From Schmidtea polychroa (Eukaryota), in NCBI GenBank assembly GCA_044892525.1, contig CM097885.1:4590001-4650000 (forward strand): a DNA stretch of 60,000 nucleotides, in the 5' to 3' direction. Positions within the stretch are counted from its first letter, which is position 1. Each line of letters opens with the position of its first letter. Positions 35,375 through 47,673 of the stretch are shown here, in pieces. The position numbers and the translations under genes were made by a program. The notes beneath the pieces were generated by a model, which saw nothing but the letters and a program-made list of their open reading frames with translations, had not been told where the DNA came from and did no database searches.

Positions 35375-35839
35375 ATGACTAATCCTTCAATATTAGATTT
35401 TTTAAAAACATTTGGAATAAATGCAAAAACAAATTTTGATTTAAAAGATTATGCAAATTATTTAAATTTAAAAATAAAAATATTAATGAATGATGAATTA
35501 TCAAGTCTGAAAGATATTCTGAAAGAAGACACTCAAAAGAAACGAAGTCCCCTGAATATTATTATAAATTATCAAAATTCAAATGAGAAAGGATCTCATT
35601 GGGTTTGTATATATAAGAAATCTATCTACTTTGATTCTTTTGGGATTAAACCTACTAAAGAAGTTGAAGACTATCTCTCGAGGGGTTCCACTTTTAATTC
35701 TTTACAAGTTCAACCTAATAATACTAAAATATGTGGTATTATAAGTTTATATGTTTTGTATAGATTGAATAAATCCAAAGGAGAAGGTTTCACTTCCTTA
35801 ATCCAAGAAATTTATAATGATTTAAAATCTCTATTATGA
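35375..35839 (+). CDS. Adenain-like cysteine protease of element C
   Basis: GSHWVC, YFDSFG, QVQPNNTKICG. Confidence 0.88.
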   Translation: MTNPSILDFLKTFGINAKTNFDLKDYANYLNLKIKILMNDELSSLKDILKEDTQKKRSPLNIIINYQNSNEKGSHWVCIYKKSIYFDSFGIKPTKEVEDYLSRGSTFNSLQVQPNNTKICGIISLYVLYRLNKSKGEGFTSLIQEIYNDLKSLL

Positions 35840-36597
35840 AAATAGAGCTTCGCAACCTTCTGGAAGATAATTTAAAAAAAATGGTAAACATAATGTCAGA
35901 TAAATATTCAAGAACTTTATCTATAAATTCAAAAGAATCAGACTTTACTATAAACTTTCAAGATTCAATAAAATTAGATCAAAATTTAAATTATGAATTG
36001 GGGCTATTATGGTTTTGTGCTTATAATACTATTTTTAATATAACTAAAGATATTAACACATTTAGTTATGTAAGCCCCCCAAAAACGGAGTATAACATAA
36101 TAATAATAGAACCCGGGGCTTATGAGATAAAAGATTTAAATAATATACTTTCTAAAAAAACAAATGGAGCTATTGAAATTAAAATAGATTTACCAACTTC
36201 AAAATGTATAATGACTTTAAAGAATATAGGACTTAGGTTTCAAAATAATAGTTTCTTTAGAACAATTTTAGGATTTACACAAAACCATTATACCACACCT
36301 GAAGTTACATCAGAAAATATTATAAAAATAATAAATACAAACACAATAAATATTCATTGCGATTGTATAACAGGTTCTTATAATAATGGTAAACAAAGTA
36401 ATATTTTATATTCCTTTCCCTCAAACACAGTTCCTATGGGATATAAAATAGTTGAAAGAATGAATCCTCCAAATTATTTACCTTTATGTAGAAAATATAT
36501 AATGGATATTAATTTTAAAATTCTTAATCAAGAAGGAGAATTGATTGATTTTAATGGAGAAGAGATTTCAATGTATTTACATTTGAAACAGGTTTGA
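35836..36597 (+). CDS. Minor capsid protein (penton) of element C
   Basis: IEPGAYEI, ILGF, INIHCDCITGSYNNG..ILYSF...VPMGYKIVE, NQEGELIDFNGEEI. Confidence 0.82.
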   Translation: MKIELRNLLEDNLKKMVNIMSDKYSRTLSINSKESDFTINFQDSIKLDQNLNYELGLLWFCAYNTIFNITKDINTFSYVSPPKTEYNIIIIEPGAYEIKDLNNILSKKTNGAIEIKIDLPTSKCIMTLKNIGLRFQNNSFFRTILGFTQNHYTTPEVTSENIIKIINTNTINIHCDCITGSYNNGKQSNILYSFPSNTVPMGYKIVERMNPPNYLPLCRKYIMDINFKILNQEGELIDFNGEEISMYLHLKQV

Positions 36598-36621
36598 AGA
36601 TTCATTTTAAATTATTAATAA

Positions 36622-37599
36622 ATGAGTTCTTATATTCCTTGTAATAGAGGTGGTGGAACAATAAAAACAGGGTTTAATACAGAAGAAATATTAACTTTAA
36701 CAGAAAATAAATATATTAATGAAAGAGGTGATTCAATGAAGGGAGATTTAAATTTAAATGGACACAAGATAAAAGATTTATCTTTACCAATTGATGAAGG
36801 TGATGCAGTTAATAAAAATTATACTGATTTAACAACAACAAGAATTGAAAGTTCATTAACAACAAAAATTGATTCAATGGAATCAAAGCTTAATAATATC
36901 GAACAACGATTTAATGATAAATTTGACAAGTTACAAAGTCTGTTAACTGAACAAGTTGTAAAGGTAAATACTAGTATATTAAATTCTAAAGATAAACAAA
37001 TTATGAATACTAAATTTAATACAATATATAATATAATAAATGAGATGATTACATCATTTAATAAAAGACTTTCAAATTTAGAATCTCATACAACACACAT
37101 TAACACCACACATAGTATTAGAAAAAGAGCTGCTGAATTAGAACAGAATAAAACATTATTACCCCATACATATAAACATTTTATAGAACCAACTTTAATA
37201 ACGACAAATAGTAAAGAATGGAGTGTTTTTATGGTTGTAAAGATTATTGATCCTTATTTCTTTTTATTTGATGATGATAATGAAAGAATGAAATGGTTTG
37301 TGAAATGTGATTATAATAGTAAGTTTGAAAAGGGTGATGTTATAATAAGTGGTTATGATTTAACACATGGATATTGGCATGATAAAACTGATTCACATAA
37401 AACACATAAAGTTAAAAGTAAGAATATTATTTTTAAAAGCACACTTGTACAATATATAGATTTAATATTTTATGAAAAAAAGGTTGATGTTGATGAAGTT
37501 CGTAAAGCATTGATGGAATTGTATAAAGACATTCTCTCAACCAGAGTCTCTTATGATATCCGAGTATTGGTACCAGATAATAAAATCTTATTTTTTTAA
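36622..37599 (+). CDS. Fiber/spike-like protein
   Basis: GDSMKGDLNLNGHKIKDLSLPIDEGDAVNKNY (tail-fiber/neck-type motif), coiled coil, C-terminal beta-rich domain; follows the penton. Confidence 0.6.
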   Translation: MSSYIPCNRGGGTIKTGFNTEEILTLTENKYINERGDSMKGDLNLNGHKIKDLSLPIDEGDAVNKNYTDLTTTRIESSLTTKIDSMESKLNNIEQRFNDKFDKLQSLLTEQVVKVNTSILNSKDKQIMNTKFNTIYNIINEMITSFNKRLSNLESHTTHINTTHSIRKRAAELEQNKTLLPHTYKHFIEPTLITTNSKEWSVFMVVKIIDPYFFLFDDDNERMKWFVKCDYNSKFEKGDVIISGYDLTHGYWHDKTDSHKTHKVKSKNIIFKSTLVQYIDLIFYEKKVDVDEVRKALMELYKDILSTRVSYDIRVLVPDNKILFF

Positions 37600-37607
37600 T
37601 TATTAAA

Positions 37608-38200
37608 ATGGAAGAAGTAAGAGAAGAAAAAGTTTACCCAGAATTGTCATCAGGATATTATTCCCCCAGACCTTCGAGACCTTCAGCTCCCACAGAACTT
37701 GAAATTATGAGAGTAAAAGAATTTAAATCAGAAACCTTACATTTACAAGATTTATTAAAGCATTATAAAAAAATTAAAAATAGATGGAATAAAAGGAATA
37801 CAGTTTTAAAAGTTATAGGTTATTCTTTAGGATTTGCATCTGCAATATTAACAGTTATTTTACCTATAACTTTACCAGTTTTAACACATGCGCCTGTAAT
37901 ACTTGGAAGTATTTCTGTAGCTGATGGTTTCTTAACTGAAATAGTTTCATTATCTTATACTTCAAAAAAGAAAAGTTTATATCGTGAAGTTTGTTTGTCA
38001 ATAGAATTAGGAATCTCTAAATAATTTTAATTTCAATTAAAAGCTTTGGAAGATGGAATCTTAACTGATGATGAAATAATGAAATCAAATCAAATAATAC
38101 AAGATATTAAAAATAATATTAATAGATTAAAAAGTGCTAATGTTATAACTAATGAATATTCTAAAAAAATTAAACGGGAGAAATGGTTAAAGAATTCTTA
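37608..38200 (+). pseudogene. Two-TM membrane protein, interrupted by a stop at 38022-38024
   Basis: Hydrophobic VIGYSLGFASAILTVILPITLPVL..VILGSISV; KALEDGILTDDE continues after the stop. Confidence 0.5.
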
Positions 38201-38285
38201 TTTATAAAATGGGTGTATTTTAAAAAAAGTAGATCAGGTTGCTATAGTTGCTTAAATTAATTGTCGACATTTTATTATTAAAAAA

Positions 38286-41200
38286 TTAAATATCGTTGAA
38301 AGCCAACCTTTGAATCATTAATTTATGATTTTTAAATTCTTTATCACTTAGACCTTTTATATATTCAGGATCAGTATTAAAATATTTAAGTTCTAAACAT
38401 ATAGGATTAAAAACTTGAGAATATAAAGGCTTCTCGATTTCTCTCTCGGGATAAATGATTTCAACATTATAAATATCAAAATCAGTAATTTTTGTATCAT
38501 ATAACTTATTCAACTTTTCTAGATTTTTTATTATAGGGATTAAATTATTTCCTATAGGAAGAGTTGTCTTTAAATCACTTAGGATGAATCTCTTATCATC
38601 ATAATTTGATAATGATACTTTTTGAGATTCTATCAAGTGAATATCATGGTTTTCGCTTTTAATCTGATGCACTTCATCAATTTTATCTTTATGATTTGGA
38701 TTCAATGTATCTATATAATCTTGATGAGAAAGATTCTTTGCAACGGATTTCTGTATTCCTTTACATCTGTTATCCTTTACAGGTTTTTCTTCTTGTCCCT
38801 CTGGTCCTTTAGGGAATATAGGATATTTAAATGAAATAATTTCCTCTTTTTCTGGGGTTTTAAATATAATTTCTCGGGTTATAAATTCAGGGTTTTTAAA
38901 TGTTTCGTATGAATATTGTTTAGCACGAATAAATATTCCATTTTCTATAAGAGTAAAAGGTTTTTCATCTTTAAATGAAAATAATTCTCCAGTTGAATTT
39001 ATTAAATTTGAAAGTATAGGATTTTCAGCTATATCTCTTTGTAAATCATGAGTTCTTATTGTTAAAAACATTGAATCTGTATCCATTGCATGCATTGATA
39101 TATTAGAACCATATATAGGTTGTAAGATGTTATAATATGTTTCATACATTTGTAATTTTGAAAGTTCTAAAATTGAAAACCCTATAAATATTGGTTTGTT
39201 GTATGTTTTCTCAAAACTCTTTAGTTCTATTGCAGTAAGACTTTCAGAAAATACTTGTGCGTTTTTAAATGTAGGCTTTCCTAGCATACGATTATAACGC
39301 TTAATATCTTTGGTAGTATTTGTTAGGAGTTCAATATGAGTATATTTATCAACATTCTCCATTGTCTTCCCAAAGACTGAATTGTTTAAAAGTTTATAAT
39401 TATTATCTTTAAAAAGGTTACCTTCTCTTTTTGCAATGTTTCGACATCTAATGTTCTCCTCGATAAAAGCTTTCATGAATGGCCTCTGTTTAAATCTTAT
39501 GACACTATGAACTTTTTTTAATATCATACCTCGTAAAAGATAAAATTGGAGGAGTCTATAGTGACAAAGATAAAACCTTCGATCTGTTTGATCACAAAGA
39601 AGTTTCATTGTTGGGGGTTTATCTTGTGAGATTTGCCATTCAGAAAGTTCGTTGATATCAATTTTTCTTCTTACAGGAGCTAATGGGAAATATCTTGTTC
39701 CTGATTTTATATCATCTGGATATAATAAGTCACATTCTACAAAGTAACCTATTGGAGAATCTTTAGGTGTTGAAAGTATTTCTTTTATAACTTCTTTTGA
39801 TGATTCTATTTCAATGAAATCACCCATTGGTAAATATTGAGTCATAATTCCTGAATATAACGCTGTTGCATCTATATAAAGTATAAATATAGGATTTTTC
39901 ATTGTTTCTAATAATTCTTTTAATTCCTCATTGTTAATTTTTATATATAGATCAGAGGTCTTTGAAAGCATTCTGCTAGTAGTTATTGCATTTCTAGCTT
40001 TTATTTCTCTATTCCCCATTACTGAAGAGACTCCTCCTCTAATGTTTGTTTTAATTAGATTAAACATATCGAGGTTAGTTAAAAGATCTATAATTTTATC
40101 AGCTTCTTCTATATTTGAAGTCCAAATGGTATATAATAAAGTATCCCAAGCTAAAGAGGGTGCTGTTATATAATTGTAAGGTTTAAGAACAAAAGATTTT
40201 GTAAATTCTTCAAAGCAATCTGCTAGAATATAAACATCCAAGGATAAATACATACTTGTATATTCTCCTAAAGTTTTACACTTGAATAATTCCCACATTT
40301 TATTTGCTCGAGAATATTCTTGATTTGTAATATGATTTTTTTGAAGTTGTGAATAGAAATCTTCTTGGCTAGGAAGACTTGTTTCATTATATCTTTCAAA
40401 CGAGTCAACATAGTCATAAGGATATATTCCTTTTGCTAAACATGTAGGATATTCTTCTAGAGGAATATTATTTTTTTCCAAGAATTCTCGAGTGATTTTA
40501 AAATCTTCTGGTTTCATTGTTTTAGCTATTCCATCTAGAGACATTTGAAGAAAGTTTAACGAGTCTATAAATTTTAATTTTCCATATTCAACTGATTTAT
40601 ATTTTTCCTTTGTAAGTCCTATAACTTTGAAAGAGTTTTTAGCATTTGCTGCTAAATGTTTAATAAATAGATGTATGTCATAACCAAAAAGATTATGAAA
40701 TATAACAGGTACAAATTTAGGAGTATGACAATTAAGATTACAATCTTTATGAGCTGCTCCTCGATAATTATTTTCCTTTTTTAAATGATCATGATCGAGG
40801 ACTTTTATATTCGGAGACTCTTCAAATGGTTGTTTACACATCCAATAGTTGGAAGTGTTTTCATATTCTTGTTGTTGTTGATTAGAAATATTTTGAGGAT
40901 AGTTTGTTTTTAATACTTTAAATATTTCATGTTCTAGATCATTTATACTTTTAGTAAAATGATTCAAGACTTCTGTTTCTGAAATTCCTTGAAATGTATA
41001 TTCTCTAGATTCTATGAGTTCAGGATAATTACTTTTAAATAATAATTTATAAGCAGATGGTAATTGTTTAGTTTTTTTAACACTATTAGGTTTATTCCTT
41101 TTTCTTAGAAAGGCTTTCATCCTCTCTGGTTTCATCTTCTCTCCTGAGGAGTTCCAGGAATCCATGAGTTTATTTTTTTCTATTATTTTTAAATATTGTT

Positions 41201-42600
41201 TAACCAAATCTTGTTTACGATTTATAGATTCAAAGTCCCCATAAAGCACTCCTACTGTTTGTAGTAAATTTGAAAAGTTTTTAAAATACATCTTGGGATT
41301 ATTAGGCATTTTAATTAAAGCTGGATCATCTTTTGCACAAAATCTTGTATGTTTAATCATAGAGTTTTTAGTTGTTGAATAATGAAGACATCTTTTACAT
41401 GTTCCTCCTCCACTAGTTGGATTCTCTGGTGATGTAAAAGCTTGAAAGTTTTTTATTAAAACATAATGTTGATTATTTTGTTGTTCCAAGATTAAAAGAT
41501 ATATCTCCCTAGTGTTATCCTGTGGTTCATTATCTCTAACTTCATAATCTGAAATATAAATTGGAATAATTTCTCTGCTATTAACATGTTTCCCTTTAAC
41601 ACGTTCATAAATATTAATTTTAAGATTATTTAAACTTTCAAATTTTGGAATGTCTTCTAGTTTCATTGGATGTTTGAATCCTTTGGGAAATATTAATTCA
41701 TTTTCATATTGTTTGTATTTTGAAACTCTTTGAGGGTTTGATTCTTGAGGGTGTAAATGTGCAAGTATTGACCAGACGAAACATTTGTTATCATTATTCT
41801 GTATGTTTATAACATTTTTAGATTTAAAGGGTGTAGGAATATAAGATTTAGGATTAGGTGGTAATCCTCTCCAATAATCAATCACTAAAGTTTGGAAAGA
41901 GTTGAATACTAAGTTTGAATCTCCTAATTCATTTTCAACCTCTTCTTGTTTTGCTTCTACTGCTTGAATTATTTCTTTGATGGTTTTATCAAATCCTTTA
42001 GTTGAAAATAAATATTTAAAGGGTATTCCAATTTCAACATCTAAAGGTGTTGTCTTTTCTTCTGCTCCTCGCCAGTATTTTGCTTTGATTATAATTTTAT
42101 ATTTTATAACATTATACCTTGTCGGTTTATAATTTTTTAAAGCTTCAGTGAAAGAATTTTTAATATTTTTTTTATTTTTATTTATATATTCTCCAGGAGT
42201 TATAGGTCCATTGATTTCTAATTGAAATTCATCTACATGATTAAAATCATCCCAGTTATATTTTTCTCTTTCAACATGATCAGGTTCTCCTTCTGAATGA
42301 CATTCCTCATCGTCAGAATTTTGTTTTTTATTTTTACATTCTTTTATATGTTCTAAATAATAGAAATTTAGTTTTGTTGAAAAGTTACAATGAGAACATG
42401 TAAATATTTCTCTATTTTTCCCAATACAATTTTCAAAATGTTTATTATATCCAGAATGTAGAAATCTTCCTTTACATTTAGGACAAACCTTTTAATTTGT
42501 ATCATTAAGATTGTTTTCTTTTAATAAATGAGCTTTCGATTTTAAGTGAGAAATTAATCCAGTTTTATTTTTAAAAACTATTACAAATATTACAATTCAT
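38286..42600 (-). CDS. pPolB of element C (open from ~42490; N-terminal zinc fingers with small lesions)
   Basis: YGDFES, LDHDH..YRGAAHKDCN, FHNLFGYD, YLSLDVYIL, YIDATALYS, KLLNNSVFGK, MDTDS; upstream CPKC/CSHC..H fingers in frame. Confidence 0.95.
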
Positions 42601-42674
42601 TTTTAGAAAAAAATTTTTTATTGGATATCCTGTTTTGATTTTTTATGTTTTTATATTTATTTTCATAATGTCAC

Positions 42675-43617
42675 AGTATAAAAAATAACAAAAATCCAAA
42701 CATAGATAGCGCAGTGGGCTAGACTGGCACCGTGGTTCAAATGGATAGCGGTTCAAATCCTAACTGTGGTTAGTTTTTTTTCAACATAAAATAATATTAA
42801 AAATTTGAAAATAATAGTGTGGGTATCTTAGATTTATAAAGTAGTTGTATATTTTATTTTATTTTATTTATTTTATTTTATTTTATTTTTTAAACATAAA
42901 TATGAAAAAAAAATTATTGAAACGGGTGATGGTGGCGAACCGGTAATTATCGCCACCAGTCTTTCGAACACCCCCGGATCGATTCTTTAATGTGCACATT
43001 TATTTCTCAGTTGTTTTCGGACCTCTTTCGGATTCGCTTTCGAATTCATTTGTACTTTCGAGCAGCACGCTTAAAACGCCGATGAAATCGTATTCGAGCG
43101 AGAAGCGAATAATAAGGTGTGCTGCTATTATCGAATTGATTCTGATGTATGAGTCTGGCCAGCTTGTATATTAGAAGAGATTTGATAAACGAAAGAGGTT
43201 GAAATGATCCGGATCAAAAAAACTGTTGAGGGGACAGTGAAAAAAAAAAAAAAATACCACTGTCCCCTCAGAGCAGTTTTACTATTTTTCATTTATTTTT
43301 TAATTTATATAATTTAAAATCAATAATCTGATAAAGATTAACTCCGGAGTTTGATTGCGATCAAAAGTAGTGTGTATATAGCCCTATCCCAAATAGCCCT
43401 CTAACCTTTTCATAATGCCATTTTCTTTTCTATTCTCTTTTTAGTTTGAAGCTTTTGAGTTTGAGGCTTTAAAGATTAAGGGTGGTTGTTTTCAAAAATA
43501 TAGGGTTAAAATACTATAAAAGTATAAGTTTTAGGTTGTTTTTCTAATGGTATAAGCGTAATGGAGGTATGTTTTTGTTGGGAGGGCTGTGTTGGTTGGG
43601 TATATATACACACTACT
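42675..43617 (-). repeat. Right TIR of element C
   Basis: Reverse complement of 28475-29503. Confidence 0.93.
42698..42781 (+). ncRNA. Putative Pol III small RNA unit (right TIR copy)
   Basis: A-box 42707-42717, B-box 42750-42760, T-run 42774-42781. Confidence 0.6.
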
Positions 43618-45358
43618 AAAAAGGAAGAACCTTATTTAATGCTATATCCTCTATAGCACTTAAAAAACTCTCGACGCAATCTAAACCTATGAACTGCTGA
43701 TAAGATTTAGATCCGTCAAAGTTATTTACTAGTAAAAGACCAGCAGATATTGGCATGTGTCGCTGAAAATGATCATTATCAGAAGGTAAAATAGCCTCAA
43801 AATCGGCATAAACTACAAAAGGAGGAGTTACTGTTTTCGACCAGTCAGTAAACTGCAATAATTTATTTTGAGGGAAAGTGTAAAGAGTTGTTCCTAATTG
43901 ATTACGTTTGCATAATATTTCATGTTTTTCTAGTGCGTTTCTATTTTTAAAACCATTCAAACACCGATGGCACCATAATGATTGTATGCGTGTAGGACAA
44001 CTAGTGTTTATGTGGCAATTCAGTAACTTATTTAAATTGCTTATAGCAACGTAATGGAACTTGTTCCCTTTATTTAATAGTAGTAAATTAATTACTGTTC
44101 CATTTAAAACTTTGGAACGATGTATAATGTCTAAATGTGGATGTTTTAAAACGTAATTATCTGTTAATTGTTTGCTATTGTCATAAGAAAAAACGTTAAT
44201 TATTAAACCAGGATTTTTGGCCTCGAATTTTCTAATGTCTTTTAATTTCATGGGTAAATCTAATGGATTATATATTAAGTCTGATAAATTATAACTCGAT
44301 GTCCTATTTCTATATTGTGTAACAACCTCATCATATTTTAAAATAGCTAAAATGCTATATAAAAAACATGAATCATCGGTGTTTTTTACATTAATTAAGC
44401 ATTTTTTATTTTTTAGACAAGTAGGTAGTTCAATGAAACTCCTACCACTTAATCTACTTAGCCTACTTATCTTTGTTATGGTGAAGTGAATTTCTGTTAT
44501 TTTCTTTATGATCCAGCTACTTCCTAACTCTGTGATATTACTTATTTTCTCGTTTAGTTCCCTAATGCCTTCGTCAAAAAATGAGGCAGTTAAAGGTTTT
44601 GCGTAATTCGAAATATTATTAACCTTTATTTCCCCGTCTTTTTCAAATTCGATTGTTATTCCGAATTGAATTTTGACGGAGCCTAATTCGTTAATAATAT
44701 CTCTCAATTTTATAATTAATTGTTCTGGAAATATTATTTCCTTTATATTCAAGTTACTAGTATTTAAACTTAAAATTTGATGTGTACCCCTTAGATCTTT
44801 TTGTACTATGGGTAGTAGTTCCATCCCAAGAGTCGAGTGAAAGATTATCCAATTCATCATTGGATTCACCTACATTCCAAGAGTCGAGTGAAAGATTATC
44901 CAATTCATCATTGGATTCACCTACATTCCAAGAGTCAAGTGAAAGATTATCAAATTCATCATAGGATTCAGCAACTAATCCGACCTGGGATTCAACAAAA
45001 GGCAATCCGACCTGGGATTCAACAAAAGGCAATCCATCATTGGATTCAGCAACTAATCCGACCTGGGATTCAACAATGTATTTAATTTAATTTTTTTATT
45101 AGTAGTATTTATTTCAATAGTTGAAGGTCGTTTAAAAATAACATCTTTTTTAGAATTGAACATATTTAAATGATGTTTATGCTTATTATAAAAAACACTA
45201 TATGTTAAGGGCTCACTAATCTTACATATGGGGCATATAAAAAAAGTTTTATTATAATATTTTTTAGAGTAATAATTCTCCATTATAGAATGGTAATTAT
45301 TATTATGTTCTTTCGACGAACAATAATTTGCGTAAAGTATACCTAAAAATATATACAT
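43618..45358 (-). pseudogene. pPolB of element B, N-terminal part with tandem-repeat linker
   Basis: ICPIC N-terminus, 27- and 51-bp repeats 44830-45072, INVKNTDDSCF, YADFEA; ends VLPF at the insertion site. Confidence 0.9.
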
Positions 45359-45500
45359 TTAAAAATTTGGCTAAAACATTTGATAAAAATATATTTAAAA
45401 ATATTACTATTAAAATTTTCTTATAATTTTGCATGTATGCATCCAATCAAAATTAATTATTTGCTATAAATGATAATTTAATGAAATAAATTTAACAAAA

Positions 45501-45932
45501 ATGTCTACTATAAATAGTATCCTATTAGAAGAAAATAGTACATCAGTTATAGGTATGGTATGTAAACCTCCTATTCAGTTCCTTCAATATAATATGTACT
45601 ATTTGAAATATCCTATTACTTATTCATTCAAGGTAATTTTTTTTATTTAATTATTTAATATTAATTTGTTATAGGAACTAGTTAATTTAAAAACATGTCA
45701 ATTCAATATTCAAATTGGAGATATTGGGGAAGAAGATAGAAAAAATCTTGGAGAAATTCTTAAATTAATTAATAAAGAAATGATTTTTAATGAAAAATTT
45801 ACATTTATCAATTGTGAAAAAGGATGTAAATTAGACGAAGATAAAAAGTCAAAAGTTCGAATACTTATTCAAGGAGTCAAGATAAATGGAGTTATAATTA
45901 AACCAATTTGGAAAATTACAAATGTTTTTTGA
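45501..45932 (+). CDS. Spliced homolog of 19353-19772 in element B
   Basis: Exons 45501-45632 and 45675-45932, 42-nt GT-AG intron; ends ILIQGVKINGVIIKPIWKITNVF. Confidence 0.75.
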
Positions 45933-46028
45933 ATAAATTTTTATATTTAAGTGTTATCTTCAATTAAATGTTGTTGAAAAAATTTTAAAGTTAATAATTA
46001 TTTAATAAGGGTCAGATTATTATATTAA

Positions 46029-46187
46029 AGACTACTGCATGCTCACTGCAGACTATTATGTAGCTACGTGCTCACTGTAGACTACATTATTATTATATTA
46101 AAGACTACTGCATGCTCACTGCAGACTATTATGTAGCTACGTGCTCACTGTAGACTACATTATTATTATTATTAAAGACTACTGCAT
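46029..46187. repeat. 72-bp hairpin repeat homologous to 11504-11884
   Basis: CTGCATGCTCACTGCAGACTA..ATGTAGCTACGTGCTCACTGTAGACTACAT twice. Confidence 0.85.
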
Positions 46188-46204
46188 TATTATTAGTAGT
46201 ATTA

Positions 46205-46800
46205 ATTTCTATCATTATAAAAAAAATTTTTGCGAGGGATTTCCCCTTATTTCAAAATAAATATCACTAAAAAATATCATTAATAATCGTTTTTTAAAAA
46301 AAAATAGATAAATTTCATCTTTAAATATCATTATAAAATTTTTAATATCATTATATAAGTTTAAATATTATTAAAAAATGCTAATAATTTCATCATTAAA
46401 TATCATTATAAAAAAATTTTTTACGAGGGATTTCCCCTTATTTCAAATTATTGTTACTCTTAAGATAAAATAAAATTTTATTAAAAATATAATTAATAAT
46501 CATTTAAAAAAATATTAATAATTTCATCTTTAAATATCATTATAAAATTTAAATATTATTAAAAAATGCTAATAATTTCATCATTAAATATCATTATAAA
46601 AAAATTTTTGCGAGGGATTTCCCCTTATTTCATTATAAAATTTTATTTAAAATATTAGTAAAATATTAGATTATAAAAAATGAGTGAATTTCCTCTTAAG
46701 ATCAAATAAAATTTTATTAAAAAATTATATAAAAATATCATTAATAATCATTAAAAAATATTAGTAATTTCATCTTATAAAATTTTATAAAAAATTGATA
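46205..46800. repeat. ~190-bp AT-rich repeat with GAGGGATTTCCCC core (3 copies)
   Basis: Core at 46236, 46427, 46614. Confidence 0.75.
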
Positions 46801-47258
46801 AAAATACTTACATTTGACATTTTTGTTCATAGTTTCATTCATTTCAGAATTTTTGTTCATAGTTTCATTCATTTCAGAATTTTTGTTCATTTTCATAGTT
46901 TTTTAGTTTCAATCTTTTTTATCTAAAAAATAATTAAATTTTAATAATTAAAAAATAAAATTCTTACAATCCTTGGTACTAGCAAATTATGAGCAAATTT
47001 TAAAAACAAATCATTTATATACTTCTTCTTCTACTTAATACATTACGTAATAATTAAAGGATTAAATTTGATAACATGCGTAATAATTAAATGATTAAAT
47101 AACTTACATAATAATTAAAGGATTTAATACCTTACATAATAATTAACTTAATTAAAGATTTAGTTTAATAATCAAATATATTGAATTAATAATCAACTAA
47201 AAATTTATTGAAATAATCAGCTAAAAATTTATTGAAAACAACTTTTTATTATAAAAAT

Positions 47259-47637
47259 TTATTTCATTGACTTTAACCAAGCCAAACAATGTTGTCCACA
47301 TGTTTTTGTTATAGGGTTTTGGTAACGTATTCGATTGTATTCAATTGGCATTGACATTGATTGTAGTTTATTGATTAATATAGGTGGATAATAGAATCCC
47401 ATTGGATCAAATGCATATATTTTGTCTTGTTTCACGTATACTGCAAGCCAATGTTCACCATTCAGATTAGCAGATTGAGTATTTACAATTATTGCTTTGT
47501 TGACATCTAAATAAGGTATTTTGTCTAATGGGAAAACACCTAGAAATTTTTTTCCTAGTAATTTTCTTCCGATAACATGTATCTGAATAGAACTAAATTA
47601 ATAATAATTAAATAATTTAAATTAATTCTTACTTCAT
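47259..47637 (-). CDS. Adenain-like protease of element B (missed by ORF track; 5-nt first exon, 40-nt intron)
   Basis: ATGAA|intron 47593-47632|TTCT gives MNSIQIHVIGRKLLG..GEHWLA..FDPMG..QNPITKTCGQHC. Confidence 0.88.
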
Positions 47638-47673
47638 ATTTGATTAATTGATTTTCTATATTTGGTTTATATT

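Larger units (their letters stand above)
28475..43617 (+). mobile_element. Polinton element C (15,143 bp), nested in B's pPolB
   Basis: AAAAAG TSD at 28469-28474 and 43618-43623; AGTAGTGTG...CACACTACT termini; near-identical ~1-kb TIRs; full core gene set. Confidence 0.96.
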
